Shown here: piece by piece, positions 38,680 through 47,593 of the stretch | How positions within the stretch are numbered: the stretch's first letter is position 1 | Layout of the letters: every line of letters starts with the position of its first letter | Made by a program: the position numbers and the translations under genes | From: Chitinophagales bacterium | GTDB lineage: Bacteria; Bacteroidota; Bacteroidia; Chitinophagales; Chitinophagaceae | Length of the DNA stretch: 49,691 bases | Direction: 5' to 3' | NCBI GenBank assembly: GCA_038257235.1 | Contig: JBBSJN010000001.1 | Location: forward strand, 1 to 49,691 | Notes under the pieces: model-generated | Databases searched by the model: none | What the model saw: the letters and a program-made list of their open reading frames with translations, nothing else | What the model was told of the DNA's origin: nothing

Positions 38680-38843
38680 CGTCGCACATTTCAGGGTTCT
38701 GTTCGTTGCTCAGCTTTTATTTTCACATTGGTAATTTCCCAATGGAATCTAAGCCTTATCAAAGTAGATTAGACTTTTGAAATCCGAGCATCTCAATTCC
38801 TTTTCTTTATAACAAAACTCCAAGAGATGAATGAATCATCGAT

Positions 38844-38873
38844 CTAAGTTCCCCTTTAGGGGACAGGGGCTAG
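38844..38873 (+). repeat. Empty host REP-like element
   Basis: CTAAGTTCCCCTTTAGGGGACAGGGGCTAG, identical to 38517-38566 minus the 20-nt insert. Confidence 0.92.
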
Positions 38874-39923
38874 GTTGGGGTTAATCTTCCTCGTCCTTTC
38901 CTTCATCAATGCAATAGCTTCTTCCTTTGAATTAAAGATTGCTCCATTGATGTTGACTAAGTTTTCTGCCAGTTTATCGTAGCGTTTTGTCAACAGCCAT
39001 GTAAATATGTGTAGATAGTGTATGCCATCGAAAACGATTGCTTTATTAGCTGCAAATTCATCTTTTCGTTTTAAGAATTCACCGGGCATTTCGGTGTAGT
39101 GCATTCCCGGGCGAAGATGATGGATGATATGATAACCATCATTCCAGCATTTTTTATTGTAAACGGTGTTGATGCAATTGATGGAACTTGTATATAAGTT
39201 TTCCGGATCTTTTGCATCAATAAAAGAATGTTGTGTCCAGTTGCCTAGCATCATCACCAGCCTTGCAAATACCAAGGGAATAATAAATATGACTAGTGTT
39301 GCTTTTAGATTTACAAAACACATTGCAATGCAAAATGCCAGATAGACATATTCGCCGGCAGTAAGCCGCTGTCCTAATTTTTTTCTTTTTTTACTAAATA
39401 GATACCTGATTGTATTAATTACGCCAACAAAAATGAATTTGAAAAAATAGGTAAGAAATCCTCTCAAACTATCCCGCTGATAAGGCATAGTGCTGCTGGT
39501 ATCGTCAAGCATATTATTTTCAATATGGTGCATACCCATGTGATGGCTGAAATAACCTTCCGGTGCATGACCAAATAATGGACAGATAATCCAGGAAGTG
39601 TATGTAAAGAAAGGTTTTTGCCAAGGTGCTTTCAATGTTTTACGATGGCAAAAACAATGAAACATTAATCCGAAACTTCCTTTAAAGTAAAGTTGTGATA
39701 AATAAAAGTATGGAACAGCCAATGCCCACCACCACCAACCGGTAAGCAGCGGAGTGTACAACAAAATAGCAACTGGTAAAATAATCAGATGAATAGTGGT
39801 TAATAAATAAATAAAAGGAAGATCCCTTTTATCAGTCATAATGCGTAACCATAATTTATCGTAAAATGAAAATTTTTCCTTTGGAGTGTAAACAGGATCA
39901 GTAAGGGTGTGTAAAGACTTCAT
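38856..39923 (-). CDS. Membrane fatty acid desaturase family protein
   Basis: His boxes HCFCH, HHMGMHH, HIIHH with TM segments. Confidence 0.85.
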   Translation of the reverse strand: MKSLHTLTDPVYTPKEKFSFYDKLWLRIMTDKRDLPFIYLLTTIHLIILPVAILLYTPLLTGWWWWALAVPYFYLSQLYFKGSFGLMFHCFCHRKTLKAPWQKPFFTYTSWIICPLFGHAPEGYFSHHMGMHHIENNMLDDTSSTMPYQRDSLRGFLTYFFKFIFVGVINTIRYLFSKKRKKLGQRLTAGEYVYLAFCIAMCFVNLKATLVIFIIPLVFARLVMMLGNWTQHSFIDAKDPENLYTSSINCINTVYNKKCWNDGYHIIHHLRPGMHYTEMPGEFLKRKDEFAANKAIVFDGIHYLHIFTWLLTKRYDKLAENLVNINGAIFNSKEEAIALMKERTRKINPNLAPVP

Positions 39924-40023
39924 GATTCCTGTAAATGTAGGAAAATAATGCTGCCTCTGGAGAGGATGTTTGTCAGATAATTGAAAAATTTAGTTGGAGT
40001 CGCTAACAGTTGTTAAAGGGTTG

Positions 40024-41055
40024 CTATTTCGGCTTGTATTTGGCTTGAGTAATAATTGCAACAGCATCAGTTTGCATAATTTCTTCTGGCGTCAGATTCG
40101 GGTTCTTCTCCGCAAATTTTTTAATGAATTGCCAGCCGATCCACTGTCCGATATTTCCGGGAGAATAATCTGGCGGAAACCCTTGTGTAAAAGGGCTTTC
40201 GCCAATATAAACCTGCAAAACAGAGGGGTTTAGCGATTGCAAGTCTTCATTTTTTACAATATAAGTCCATATCATGCCTTCGTTGTCTTTGCACCAGTCT
40301 AATTGTTGTTGAGTATAGCCGATCTTTATGGAGTCAGGTGTTGTGGGAAGAAACTTATCCAGCAAATACCATTGTTTTCCTTTTTCCACCATTTGTTCGA
40401 TCAATGGTTTGCCGCTGCTTTTATCGGGAAACATATCCGAGACAACCAATTGTATCGCATCAGCAATAATATATTCTTTACTGAAACGGCGACTCCGGTA
40501 TCTGGGTGCTACACTTTCTATAAAAAAAGGGTCGTTGTAAACAGAAAAGTCTTTTCCCAGATAAAATTGCAGACTTATGCCTAATAGTCCGGGACGAATA
40601 AAATCAGGAGTAGGTCCATTATCCGATTGAGCCAGTGCATCCACTGGTCCGGCAATAGTTGCAATTGTAGGAACCGGGTATTTCGGGAAATAATATTTTA
40701 CATATTGAAATGCCTTTTTAAAATCTTTCTCCAAACCGTCAGTAGTTTTAAAAACTGTATTCACAGTGTCATATAAATCATTACTCAGGCTGATAAAATT
40801 TTTAACACCTGCAATTGTTTTTGCACTATCCAGTCCCAACACATATTGGAGAAAGATGGGAGTAACAACCGGATATTTTGCATTTAGTTGATTAAGGTAG
40901 GGTAATACATTATTGGTATCAATTGCAAAAAAATCCCTGTCAAACCGTTCCAGGTTTATATCAACATTGATATTGGAAACATCAGGAGCATTTTTGTTGC
41001 TTTTGCAGGAAAATAGCAACAGGCCAATTGAGAAAACCAGTATGAAATTTTTCAT
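40024..41055 (-). CDS. gldB: Gliding motility lipoprotein GldB-like
   Basis: Lipobox LFSC, ERFDRDFF, LIEQMV..GK..YL, GYT.QQL.WC..NE..IW, PG.IG.WIGWQ; divergent from nadE; start revised to MKNFILV. Confidence 0.85.
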   Translation of the reverse strand: MKNFILVFSIGLLLFSCKSNKNAPDVSNINVDINLERFDRDFFAIDTNNVLPYLNQLNAKYPVVTPIFLQYVLGLDSAKTIAGVKNFISLSNDLYDTVNTVFKTTDGLEKDFKKAFQYVKYYFPKYPVPTIATIAGPVDALAQSDNGPTPDFIRPGLLGISLQFYLGKDFSVYNDPFFIESVAPRYRSRRFSKEYIIADAIQLVVSDMFPDKSSGKPLIEQMVEKGKQWYLLDKFLPTTPDSIKIGYTQQQLDWCKDNEGMIWTYIVKNEDLQSLNPSVLQVYIGESPFTQGFPPDYSPGNIGQWIGWQFIKKFAEKNPNLTPEEIMQTDAVAIITQAKYKPK

Positions 41056-41259
41056 AGTTCTTATAAACGTAGCTGTATTAAAAATGTTGTTTGCCAATGT
41101 TACGAGAAATAGGCGATAAGCTATTTCGAGTGTTACAGTGGTCAATGCCGATATCAAAGATATTTAGACCAATCAGACAAAGAGAGTTGATCTAATCTAT
41201 AAATTTAATCGGCATGACTGCTAAATTAAGCTAATCCAACATTTCTGTAGATTTGCATT

Positions 41260-42942
41260 ATGAAAATTGCGTTGGCACAACAGAACTATCACATTGGCAA
41301 CTTTGAAGAAAATACCCGTAAGATCATTGAGGGGATTGATTGGGCGAAAAAACAAGGCGCAGACATTGTTATATTTTCAGAGCTATGTGTCTGCGGTTAT
41401 CCGCCAAGAGATTTTTTGGAATTCGAAGACTTTATCAGCAAATGTTATCAGGCAATAGATACAATTAAACAACATGCAGATTCAATAGCTGTAATTGTTG
41501 GGGCACCGGATATTAATCCTGTAAAGGAAGGGAAAGACTTGTTCAATGGAGCTTTCTTTCTATATGACAAGGAAGTGAAGGCTGTTGCGCATAAAACCTG
41601 TTTGCCTAATTATGATGTGTTTGATGAGTGCCGTTATTTTGAACCGGCGTATAATTGGAACATTATTGAATTCAAAGGAAAGAAACTGGCAATAACGATT
41701 TGTGAAGATATCTGGAACCTGGGTGATAACCCTTTGTACCGGAATTGTCCGATGGATGAATTGATGAAAGGGCAACCGGATGTGATGCTTAATATTTCTG
41801 CTTCGCCATTTGATTACACACATGTGGAAGACCGGAAAGCAATAGTGAAATTGAATGTGTCCAAGTATAAATTACCCATGCTTTATTGCAACGGAGTGGG
41901 CAGCCAAACGGAAATTGTTTTTGATGGCGGCTCGTTAGTATTTGATAAGAATGCAAATCTTATAAAGCAATTGCCGTTGTTTGAAGAAGCTTTTGACATT
42001 TTTGAATTGAATGATGATGGAACCTTTATGGAACCCATAAAAGTGAAAGCTGAAAATTTACCCGATGCAGAATTAGATCCGGTTGTGTTGGATCATAATT
42101 TATGTACTGCTGAAATCTACGAAGCCATTGTAATGGGGATTAAAGATTATTTCAGTAAAATGGGTTTCGCCAAAGCTATTCTGGGAAGTAGTGGCGGAAT
42201 TGATAGTGCAGTAACATTGGCATTGGCCTGTGAAGCATTAGGTAGTGAAAATGTAAAAGCTGTATTGATGCCTTCACAGTATTCTTCTGATCATTCTGTT
42301 GCGGATGCAGAAGAATTAAGTAAGAATCTTGATAATCCTTACGAAATAATCCCGATTAAAAATATTTATGAAAGCTTTCTTACAGAACTGAAACCTGTTT
42401 ATAAAGATTTGCCTTTTGGTGTGGCCGAAGAAAACATACAATCAAGAACAAGAGGAAATTTATTGATGGCAATTGCCAATAAGTTTGGTTATATATTATT
42501 AAATACATCGAATAAAAGTGAATTGGCAACCGGTTATGGCACATTATATGGAGATATGGCAGGTGGGTTAGGTGTATTGGGGGATTGTTATAAAATGCAG
42601 GTATATGCTTTAGCAAAACATATCAACCGAAATAAGGAAATCATTCCCAATAATATAATTACGAAGTCGCCATCGGCAGAGCTAAGACCCGGACAAAAGG
42701 ATTCTGATTCTTTACCCGAATATGAAATTCTTGATAGGGTCTTATATCAATACATTGAACGAAGAAAAGGCCCGAATGACATAAAGGAACAGGGATTTGA
42801 TGCGCCGCTGGTTGACCGTGTATTAAAAATGGTTAACATAAATGAATATAAACGTAACCAGTTTTGTCCCATTATCCGCATTTCACCAAAAGCATTTGGT
42901 GTGGGCAGAAGAGTTCCGATTGTAGGAAAATATCTTTCCTGA
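41260..42942 (+). CDS. nadE: Glutamine-dependent NAD+ synthetase
   Basis: N-terminal nitrilase domain (ELC..GYPPRD, K..LP.YDVFDE.RYF, ICEDIW), SGGIDS, ENIQSR.RG, NKSE...GY.TLYGD, PSAELRPGQ.D. Confidence 0.95.
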   Translation: MKIALAQQNYHIGNFEENTRKIIEGIDWAKKQGADIVIFSELCVCGYPPRDFLEFEDFISKCYQAIDTIKQHADSIAVIVGAPDINPVKEGKDLFNGAFFLYDKEVKAVAHKTCLPNYDVFDECRYFEPAYNWNIIEFKGKKLAITICEDIWNLGDNPLYRNCPMDELMKGQPDVMLNISASPFDYTHVEDRKAIVKLNVSKYKLPMLYCNGVGSQTEIVFDGGSLVFDKNANLIKQLPLFEEAFDIFELNDDGTFMEPIKVKAENLPDAELDPVVLDHNLCTAEIYEAIVMGIKDYFSKMGFAKAILGSSGGIDSAVTLALACEALGSENVKAVLMPSQYSSDHSVADAEELSKNLDNPYEIIPIKNIYESFLTELKPVYKDLPFGVAEENIQSRTRGNLLMAIANKFGYILLNTSNKSELATGYGTLYGDMAGGLGVLGDCYKMQVYALAKHINRNKEIIPNNIITKSPSAELRPGQKDSDSLPEYEILDRVLYQYIERRKGPNDIKEQGFDAPLVDRVLKMVNINEYKRNQFCPIIRISPKAFGVGRRVPIVGKYLS

Positions 42943-42944
42943 AA

Positions 42945-43397
42945 TTAATGAATATAAGTTGCTGTTACCAATATTGATGTGGGCGAAGGCGGAATAAATA
43001 CATCCTGAGAAACTACTAATGTAGTCTCGCTTAAGCTAACTATAGTAAAAGTTCCTGAGCCTCCAGGGAACAGGCCGATAGACATTACAAGTTGTGTTTC
43101 ATTATTTTGTAATGTCCAGGTAAAATTTCCAGCAGTTGTTGGGTTACAAATATTAGAGCCCTCAGTAACATTGCCACTACCATTAGCTTGAAAAGTAACT
43201 GCATCATCTTTTATGCAAGCTATTTGCGGATTGTTTGAAATATCAGTTCCCCCGGCAGTAGCGGAAGAAAATTTCCAACTGCTTCTCGATAAATTTTCTG
43301 ATTTGGTGGGAGCATTTCCTTCTTCTTTTGTACAGGATGATAATCCAAGAAATAATACAAGAAGACCCGTAAAAACAACTTTATTTTCTTTTTTCAT
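42945..43397 (-). CDS. Lipocalin-like lipoprotein
   Basis: Lipobox LSSC, W near the N-terminus, C..DD...F...G, C, W pattern. Confidence 0.7.
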   Translation of the reverse strand: MKKENKVVFTGLLVLFLGLSSCTKEEGNAPTKSENLSRSSWKFSSATAGGTDISNNPQIACIKDDAVTFQANGSGNVTEGSNICNPTTAGNFTWTLQNNETQLVMSIGLFPGGSGTFTIVSLSETTLVVSQDVFIPPSPTSILVTATYIH

Positions 43398-43551
43398 AGC
43401 AAAAATGGTTATTGCCCCAAAATAAGTAATCTTTTCTGTTCAAAAAAGATAAAATCACTTAATATCATAGCGAAATTCATGCCGTTCATAATTACGGCAA
43501 ATTATTTGCTTAATGCACGTTCGTATTTTGTGACACATTAATTCAATCAGC

Positions 43552-44550
43552 ATGTTAAAGACAGCAGAAGATATCAGGTTATTAAATGAAAAGATCGGCC
43601 ATGCAGGCCAATTTACCGATAAACTAAGAGAAGAGATCGGCCATGTCATTATTGGTCAGAGCCATATGCTCGACAGGTTATTGATTGGGCTTTTAAGTAA
43701 TGGACATGTATTATTAGAAGGAGTGCCGGGACTTGCAAAAACGCTGACAATAAAATCCCTTGCACAAGCTATACATGCACAATTCAGCCGTATCCAATTT
43801 ACTCCTGATTTGTTACCTGCAGATGTTATCGGAACATTGATCTATAATCAGCAGAAAAGTGAATTTATAGTTCGCAAGGGACCCATCTTTGCCAATTTTA
43901 TTCTGGCAGATGAAATAAACAGGGCGCCGGCCAAAGTACAAAGTGCATTGCTGGAGGCTATGCAGGAGCGGCAAGTAACGATTGGCGACAGCACTTATAA
44001 ACTGGATGAACCATTTTTAGTATTGGCAACTCAGAATCCATTGGAACAGGAAGGGACTTATCCGCTACCTGAAGCACAGGTTGACCGCTTCATCATGAAA
44101 GTGATTGTTGATTATCCTAAAATGGTGGAGGAGCAGATCATTCTCCGGAAAAGTGTCCAGGGAGAATTTCCGAAAATAAATCAAGTCGTTTCTATTACTG
44201 AAGTGATAAATGCAAGAAATCTCACAAAGCAGATTTATATGGATGAGAAAATAGAGCAATACATTCTTGATATTGTCTTTGCAACAAGAAAACCGGGAGA
44301 TTATAAATTAGAAAAACTTCAACCATTAATATCGTACGGTGCTTCTCCACGGGGAAGTATCAACTTGGGCCTCGCAGCTAAATCTCAGGCATTTTTAAAT
44401 AAAAGAGGTTTTGTAATTCCGGAAGATGTGAGAAGTATTTGTAAAGATGTGCTGCGTCATCGTATCGGCCTGACTTATGAAGCAGAAGCGGAAAATGTGA
44501 AAGTAGAAGATGTGATTGAAGATGTGTTAAGACAGATAAATGTTCCTTAA
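43552..44550 (+). CDS. MoxR family AAA ATPase
   Basis: HVLLEGVPGLAKT, RIQFTPDLLPAD, DEINRAPAKVQSALLEAMQE, YPLPEAQVDRF. Confidence 0.95.
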   Translation: MLKTAEDIRLLNEKIGHAGQFTDKLREEIGHVIIGQSHMLDRLLIGLLSNGHVLLEGVPGLAKTLTIKSLAQAIHAQFSRIQFTPDLLPADVIGTLIYNQQKSEFIVRKGPIFANFILADEINRAPAKVQSALLEAMQERQVTIGDSTYKLDEPFLVLATQNPLEQEGTYPLPEAQVDRFIMKVIVDYPKMVEEQIILRKSVQGEFPKINQVVSITEVINARNLTKQIYMDEKIEQYILDIVFATRKPGDYKLEKLQPLISYGASPRGSINLGLAAKSQAFLNKRGFVIPEDVRSICKDVLRHRIGLTYEAEAENVKVEDVIEDVLRQINVP

Positions 44551-44552
44551 TA

Positions 44553-44580
44553 GCCTCTAAGTTCCTCCAAGGGGGACTTA
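44553..44580. repeat. Empty host-type REP variant after moxR
   Basis: GCCTCTAAGTTCCTCCAAGGGGGACTTA, shares the TAAGTTCC/GGGACTT arms of the other hosts. Confidence 0.6.
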
Positions 44581-44617
44581 AGATTCTAAAAAAATAAATT
44601 TTCATACTAATGGCTGA

Positions 44618-45496
44618 ATGTTAACTACAGCAGAAATAATAAAAAAGGTTCGGGAGCTTGAAATTAAAAGCAAGAAACTTACCAGTGATCTTTTTACTGG
44701 TGAATATCATAGTGCTTTTAAGGGAAAAGGGATGTCGTTCAAAGAAGTGAGGGAATATGCTGCGGGAGATGATATACGTTTTATTGACTGGAATGTATCG
44801 GCAAGATTTGGTCATCCTTATAGCAAAATATTTGAAGAAGAAAGGGAGTTGACAGTGATGCTGTTAGTTGATATCAGTTCAAGTTCATTATTCGGAACAG
44901 AAGCTGCCAGAAAGAAAGATATAATTACAGAAATTGCAGCTGTTCTTAGTTTTTCAGCGGTTAATAATGCAGATAAGATAGGTGTGATTTTTTACAGCGA
45001 CCAGGTTGAAGCATTTATACCACCGAAGAAAGGAAAACAACATGCTTTATATATAGTACGGGAATTGTTGAGCAAAGAACCCAAAGGAAAAGGAACAGCG
45101 GTAAGTAAAGCACTCCGGTATTTTAATAATTCAACCAAGCAAAAAAGTATTGCTTTTGTGCTGAGTGATTTTATTGACGCCAATTATGAAGATGCATTAA
45201 GAATTGCCGGAAAGAAACATGATGTGATAGGTGTCAAAATTTATGACAAAATGGATAAGCAGTTACCTGATGCAGGATTACTTCAGGTAAAAGACGCAGA
45301 ATCCGGTGCCACAAAATGGGTGGACAGCAGTAATGCATTTGTAAGATATAGTTATGAGCAGGAGTTTTTCAGAATAACTGAATACAGCACACAAACTTTT
45401 AAAAAAGCAGGATGCGACCTGCTGCATGTGAAAACCGGTGAGGATTATGTAAGAGTGTTACAACGATTCTTTCTCAGCCGGAACAAACAAAAATGA
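44618..45496 (+). CDS. DUF58 domain protein
   Basis: GEY.SAFKG.GM.F.EVREY..GDDIR.IDWNVSAR, FEEERELT. Confidence 0.93.
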   Translation: MLTTAEIIKKVRELEIKSKKLTSDLFTGEYHSAFKGKGMSFKEVREYAAGDDIRFIDWNVSARFGHPYSKIFEEERELTVMLLVDISSSSLFGTEAARKKDIITEIAAVLSFSAVNNADKIGVIFYSDQVEAFIPPKKGKQHALYIVRELLSKEPKGKGTAVSKALRYFNNSTKQKSIAFVLSDFIDANYEDALRIAGKKHDVIGVKIYDKMDKQLPDAGLLQVKDAESGATKWVDSSNAFVRYSYEQEFFRITEYSTQTFKKAGCDLLHVKTGEDYVRVLQRFFLSRNKQK

Positions 45497-46371
45497 TTAC
45501 CAGGAAACAAATACTCTTTATATTCTCTGTTCTTTTCACAAATCTGGTGATAGCACAAGGCAATGCTTCTATTAAAGCATCTGTCAATAAGAATAAGATA
45601 CTTTTGGGTGAGCCATTGGAGCTAACGATAGAAACCTATTTGCCTTCAGCAAGTAAAATAAAATTTGAACAATTAGATACAATAGCTCATTTTGAATTTT
45701 TAGAAAAGTCTGGTATTGATAGTTCGGTAACTAATGATGGTATAAAGTTTATGGTGAAATATACAATCACCAGTTTTGATTCGGGTCATTGGGTGATGCC
45801 ATCATTTAGTTTATCAAAAGGAATTAAAACAGATACTATTCCAGTTGATGTTGTGTTTTCCGATTTTAATCCAGAGCAAGATTATCATGATATAAAAGAT
45901 ATAATTGAAATAGAAACCAACAAGGATGCTGTTCCCTGGTGGATTTATGTAGTCGGAGCAGTTTTGCTGGTTTTGATGATTATAGTTTTTGCCCGAAGAA
46001 AAAAGAAACCAGTGCCAGTCGTAAAAGAGAAAGCTATTGCAAATCCTTATAAAGAAGCAATGCAACAACTGGCGGCATTGCAAAAGAAGAATGTTGATGC
46101 TAAAGTATATTATGCTGAACTAATCAATATTTTTAGATTATACATTTTTAGAAAAAAAGGAATTCTTTCGTTACAAAAGACAACTGACGATCTTATACTG
46201 CAAGTAAAGGATGTGGTAAATGAAAAAGAGCATTTTGAAAAGTTATCTCAAGCTTTACGTTTGAGTGATTTTGTAAAGTTTGCAAAATATATTCCTGCTG
46301 AAGAGGAGAAAAGGACATCATGTTCAGATATTTTAAATTCAATAAAGCTGATTGAAGGATCAGGTGCTTAA
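45493..46371 (+). CDS. Bat-locus membrane-anchored protein (BatD-like N-terminus)
   Basis: Signal peptide, ITSFDSG, DIK.I, TM, QKTTD, DFVKFAK; between DUF58 and batA. Confidence 0.7.
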   Translation: MITRKQILFIFSVLFTNLVIAQGNASIKASVNKNKILLGEPLELTIETYLPSASKIKFEQLDTIAHFEFLEKSGIDSSVTNDGIKFMVKYTITSFDSGHWVMPSFSLSKGIKTDTIPVDVVFSDFNPEQDYHDIKDIIEIETNKDAVPWWIYVVGAVLLVLMIIVFARRKKKPVPVVKEKAIANPYKEAMQQLAALQKKNVDAKVYYAELINIFRLYIFRKKGILSLQKTTDDLILQVKDVVNEKEHFEKLSQALRLSDFVKFAKYIPAEEEKRTSCSDILNSIKLIEGSGA

Positions 46372-46418
46372 GCCCCTCCTGTCTGCCGACAGGCAGGCCT
46401 CGGAGGTGTTGGGGAGGC
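46372..46418 (+). repeat. Host REP-like element filled with a family A copy (46378-46397)
   Basis: GCCCCT[CCTGTCTGCCGACAGGCAGG]CCTCGGAGGTGTTGGGGAGG. Confidence 0.9.
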
Positions 46419-46422
46419 TGTT

Positions 46423-47436
46423 ATGTTATACGACTGGATCAAAAATATGCATTTTGTTTACCCGATATTCTTCGGGTTGTTTGCATTATTACCATTGCTG
46501 ATATGGTGGTATGTAAAAAAGAATGACCAGCAAAAAGCAACAATAACTGTTTCCACGGCACATGCATTTGCTGTTACTTCCTGGAAGAACAGGGTTCGTC
46601 ATCTTCCTTTTGTATTTCGATTGCTGACATTAAGTTGTTTAATAATTGCCTTAGCCCAACCGCAAAAAAGAAATGAAGAGCAACGGTCAGAGGGAGAAGG
46701 AATTGATATTGTGTTGTGCATGGATGTAAGTGGTAGTATGGGTTCGCAGGATATTCCACCATCGAGAATGGAAGTGGCAAAGGAAGTAGCGGAAGAATTT
46801 GTCCGCAGCCGGCCGGTTGATAGAATCGGGCTCGTTATTTTCTCCGGAGAAAGTTTTACGCAGTGTCCGATAACGAATGACAGAAATACACTGATTACAC
46901 AAATTCAAAAATTAGAAAGCAGAACCTTGCTGAAAGACGGCACCGTAATCGGTGAGGGATTGGCAACAGCGGTTGACAGGCTGGTACAAAGCAAATCGAA
47001 AAGCAAAGTCATTATTCTTATTACAGATGGAAAGGAAGATGCGCCGGATACAAGATTGATTGATCCGTTAACGGCATTGGAAATTGCAAAATCACAAGGA
47101 GTTAAAGTATATACGATTGGCATGGGGGCAATTCCATCAAACATAATTGAAGTAACAGGTAATAAACCCAAAAATCGCAATCCTGAGATTGGGTTTATTG
47201 ATGTGGAACTGCTGAAAAAAATTGCTGATGAAACAGGCGGTCAATACTTCCGGGCTAAGGATAAAGAAGCATTGAAAGAAACTTATAAGCAGATTGACAT
47301 TTTGGAAAAATCTAAAGTTGATATCATTTCTTTTAACCTTGTGGAAGAAAGGTTTATTCCTTTTGTACTGGTAGCTTTGGTTTTTCTCTTTCTGGAAATG
47401 CTTTTAAGGTTTACGGTTCTTAGAAAATTTCCTTGA
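46423..47436 (+). CDS. batA: BatA-type VWA domain protein
   Basis: N-terminal BatA TMs, ALA.P, DVSGSM MIDAS, DRIGLV.F.GE...QCP.T, TDG, IA..TGG.YFRA. Confidence 0.88.
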   Translation: MLYDWIKNMHFVYPIFFGLFALLPLLIWWYVKKNDQQKATITVSTAHAFAVTSWKNRVRHLPFVFRLLTLSCLIIALAQPQKRNEEQRSEGEGIDIVLCMDVSGSMGSQDIPPSRMEVAKEVAEEFVRSRPVDRIGLVIFSGESFTQCPITNDRNTLITQIQKLESRTLLKDGTVIGEGLATAVDRLVQSKSKSKVIILITDGKEDAPDTRLIDPLTALEIAKSQGVKVYTIGMGAIPSNIIEVTGNKPKNRNPEIGFIDVELLKKIADETGGQYFRAKDKEALKETYKQIDILEKSKVDIISFNLVEERFIPFVLVALVFLFLEMLLRFTVLRKFP

Positions 47437-47462
47437 TTTGAGTATGAGCTAATGAATAGATA

Positions 47463-47552
47463 TGAGCCACATAGGCAGATAGTGCACAGTAGGAATTCAC
47501 ACATAGAATTTGCTCTATGTGGTAGACTATGTTACTAATGTTATGTGGTTCA
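47463..47552. repeat. Imperfect palindrome of about 90 bp built from CATAG/CTATG units
   Basis: TGAGCCACATAG...CACATAG-N8-CTATGTG...TATGTGGTTCA. Confidence 0.6.
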
Positions 47553-47593
47553 ATACGGATATTGGAGAGTTGAAAACATTATCTTGCAAGCCA

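Noticed and set aside
38600-38720. Possible 6S or SRP RNA in the apaG-desaturase gap
   Set aside because: I could not recognise the SRP motif or a 6S-like long stem; an Infernal search would be needed
36471-38873. Repeats as a CRISPR array or integron attC sites
   Set aside because: They are dispersed, in mixed orientation and irregularly spaced, with no cas or integrase gene
47510-47593. N-terminal extension of rsgA
   Set aside because: It derives from the CATAG palindrome; the typical start is ATG 47594
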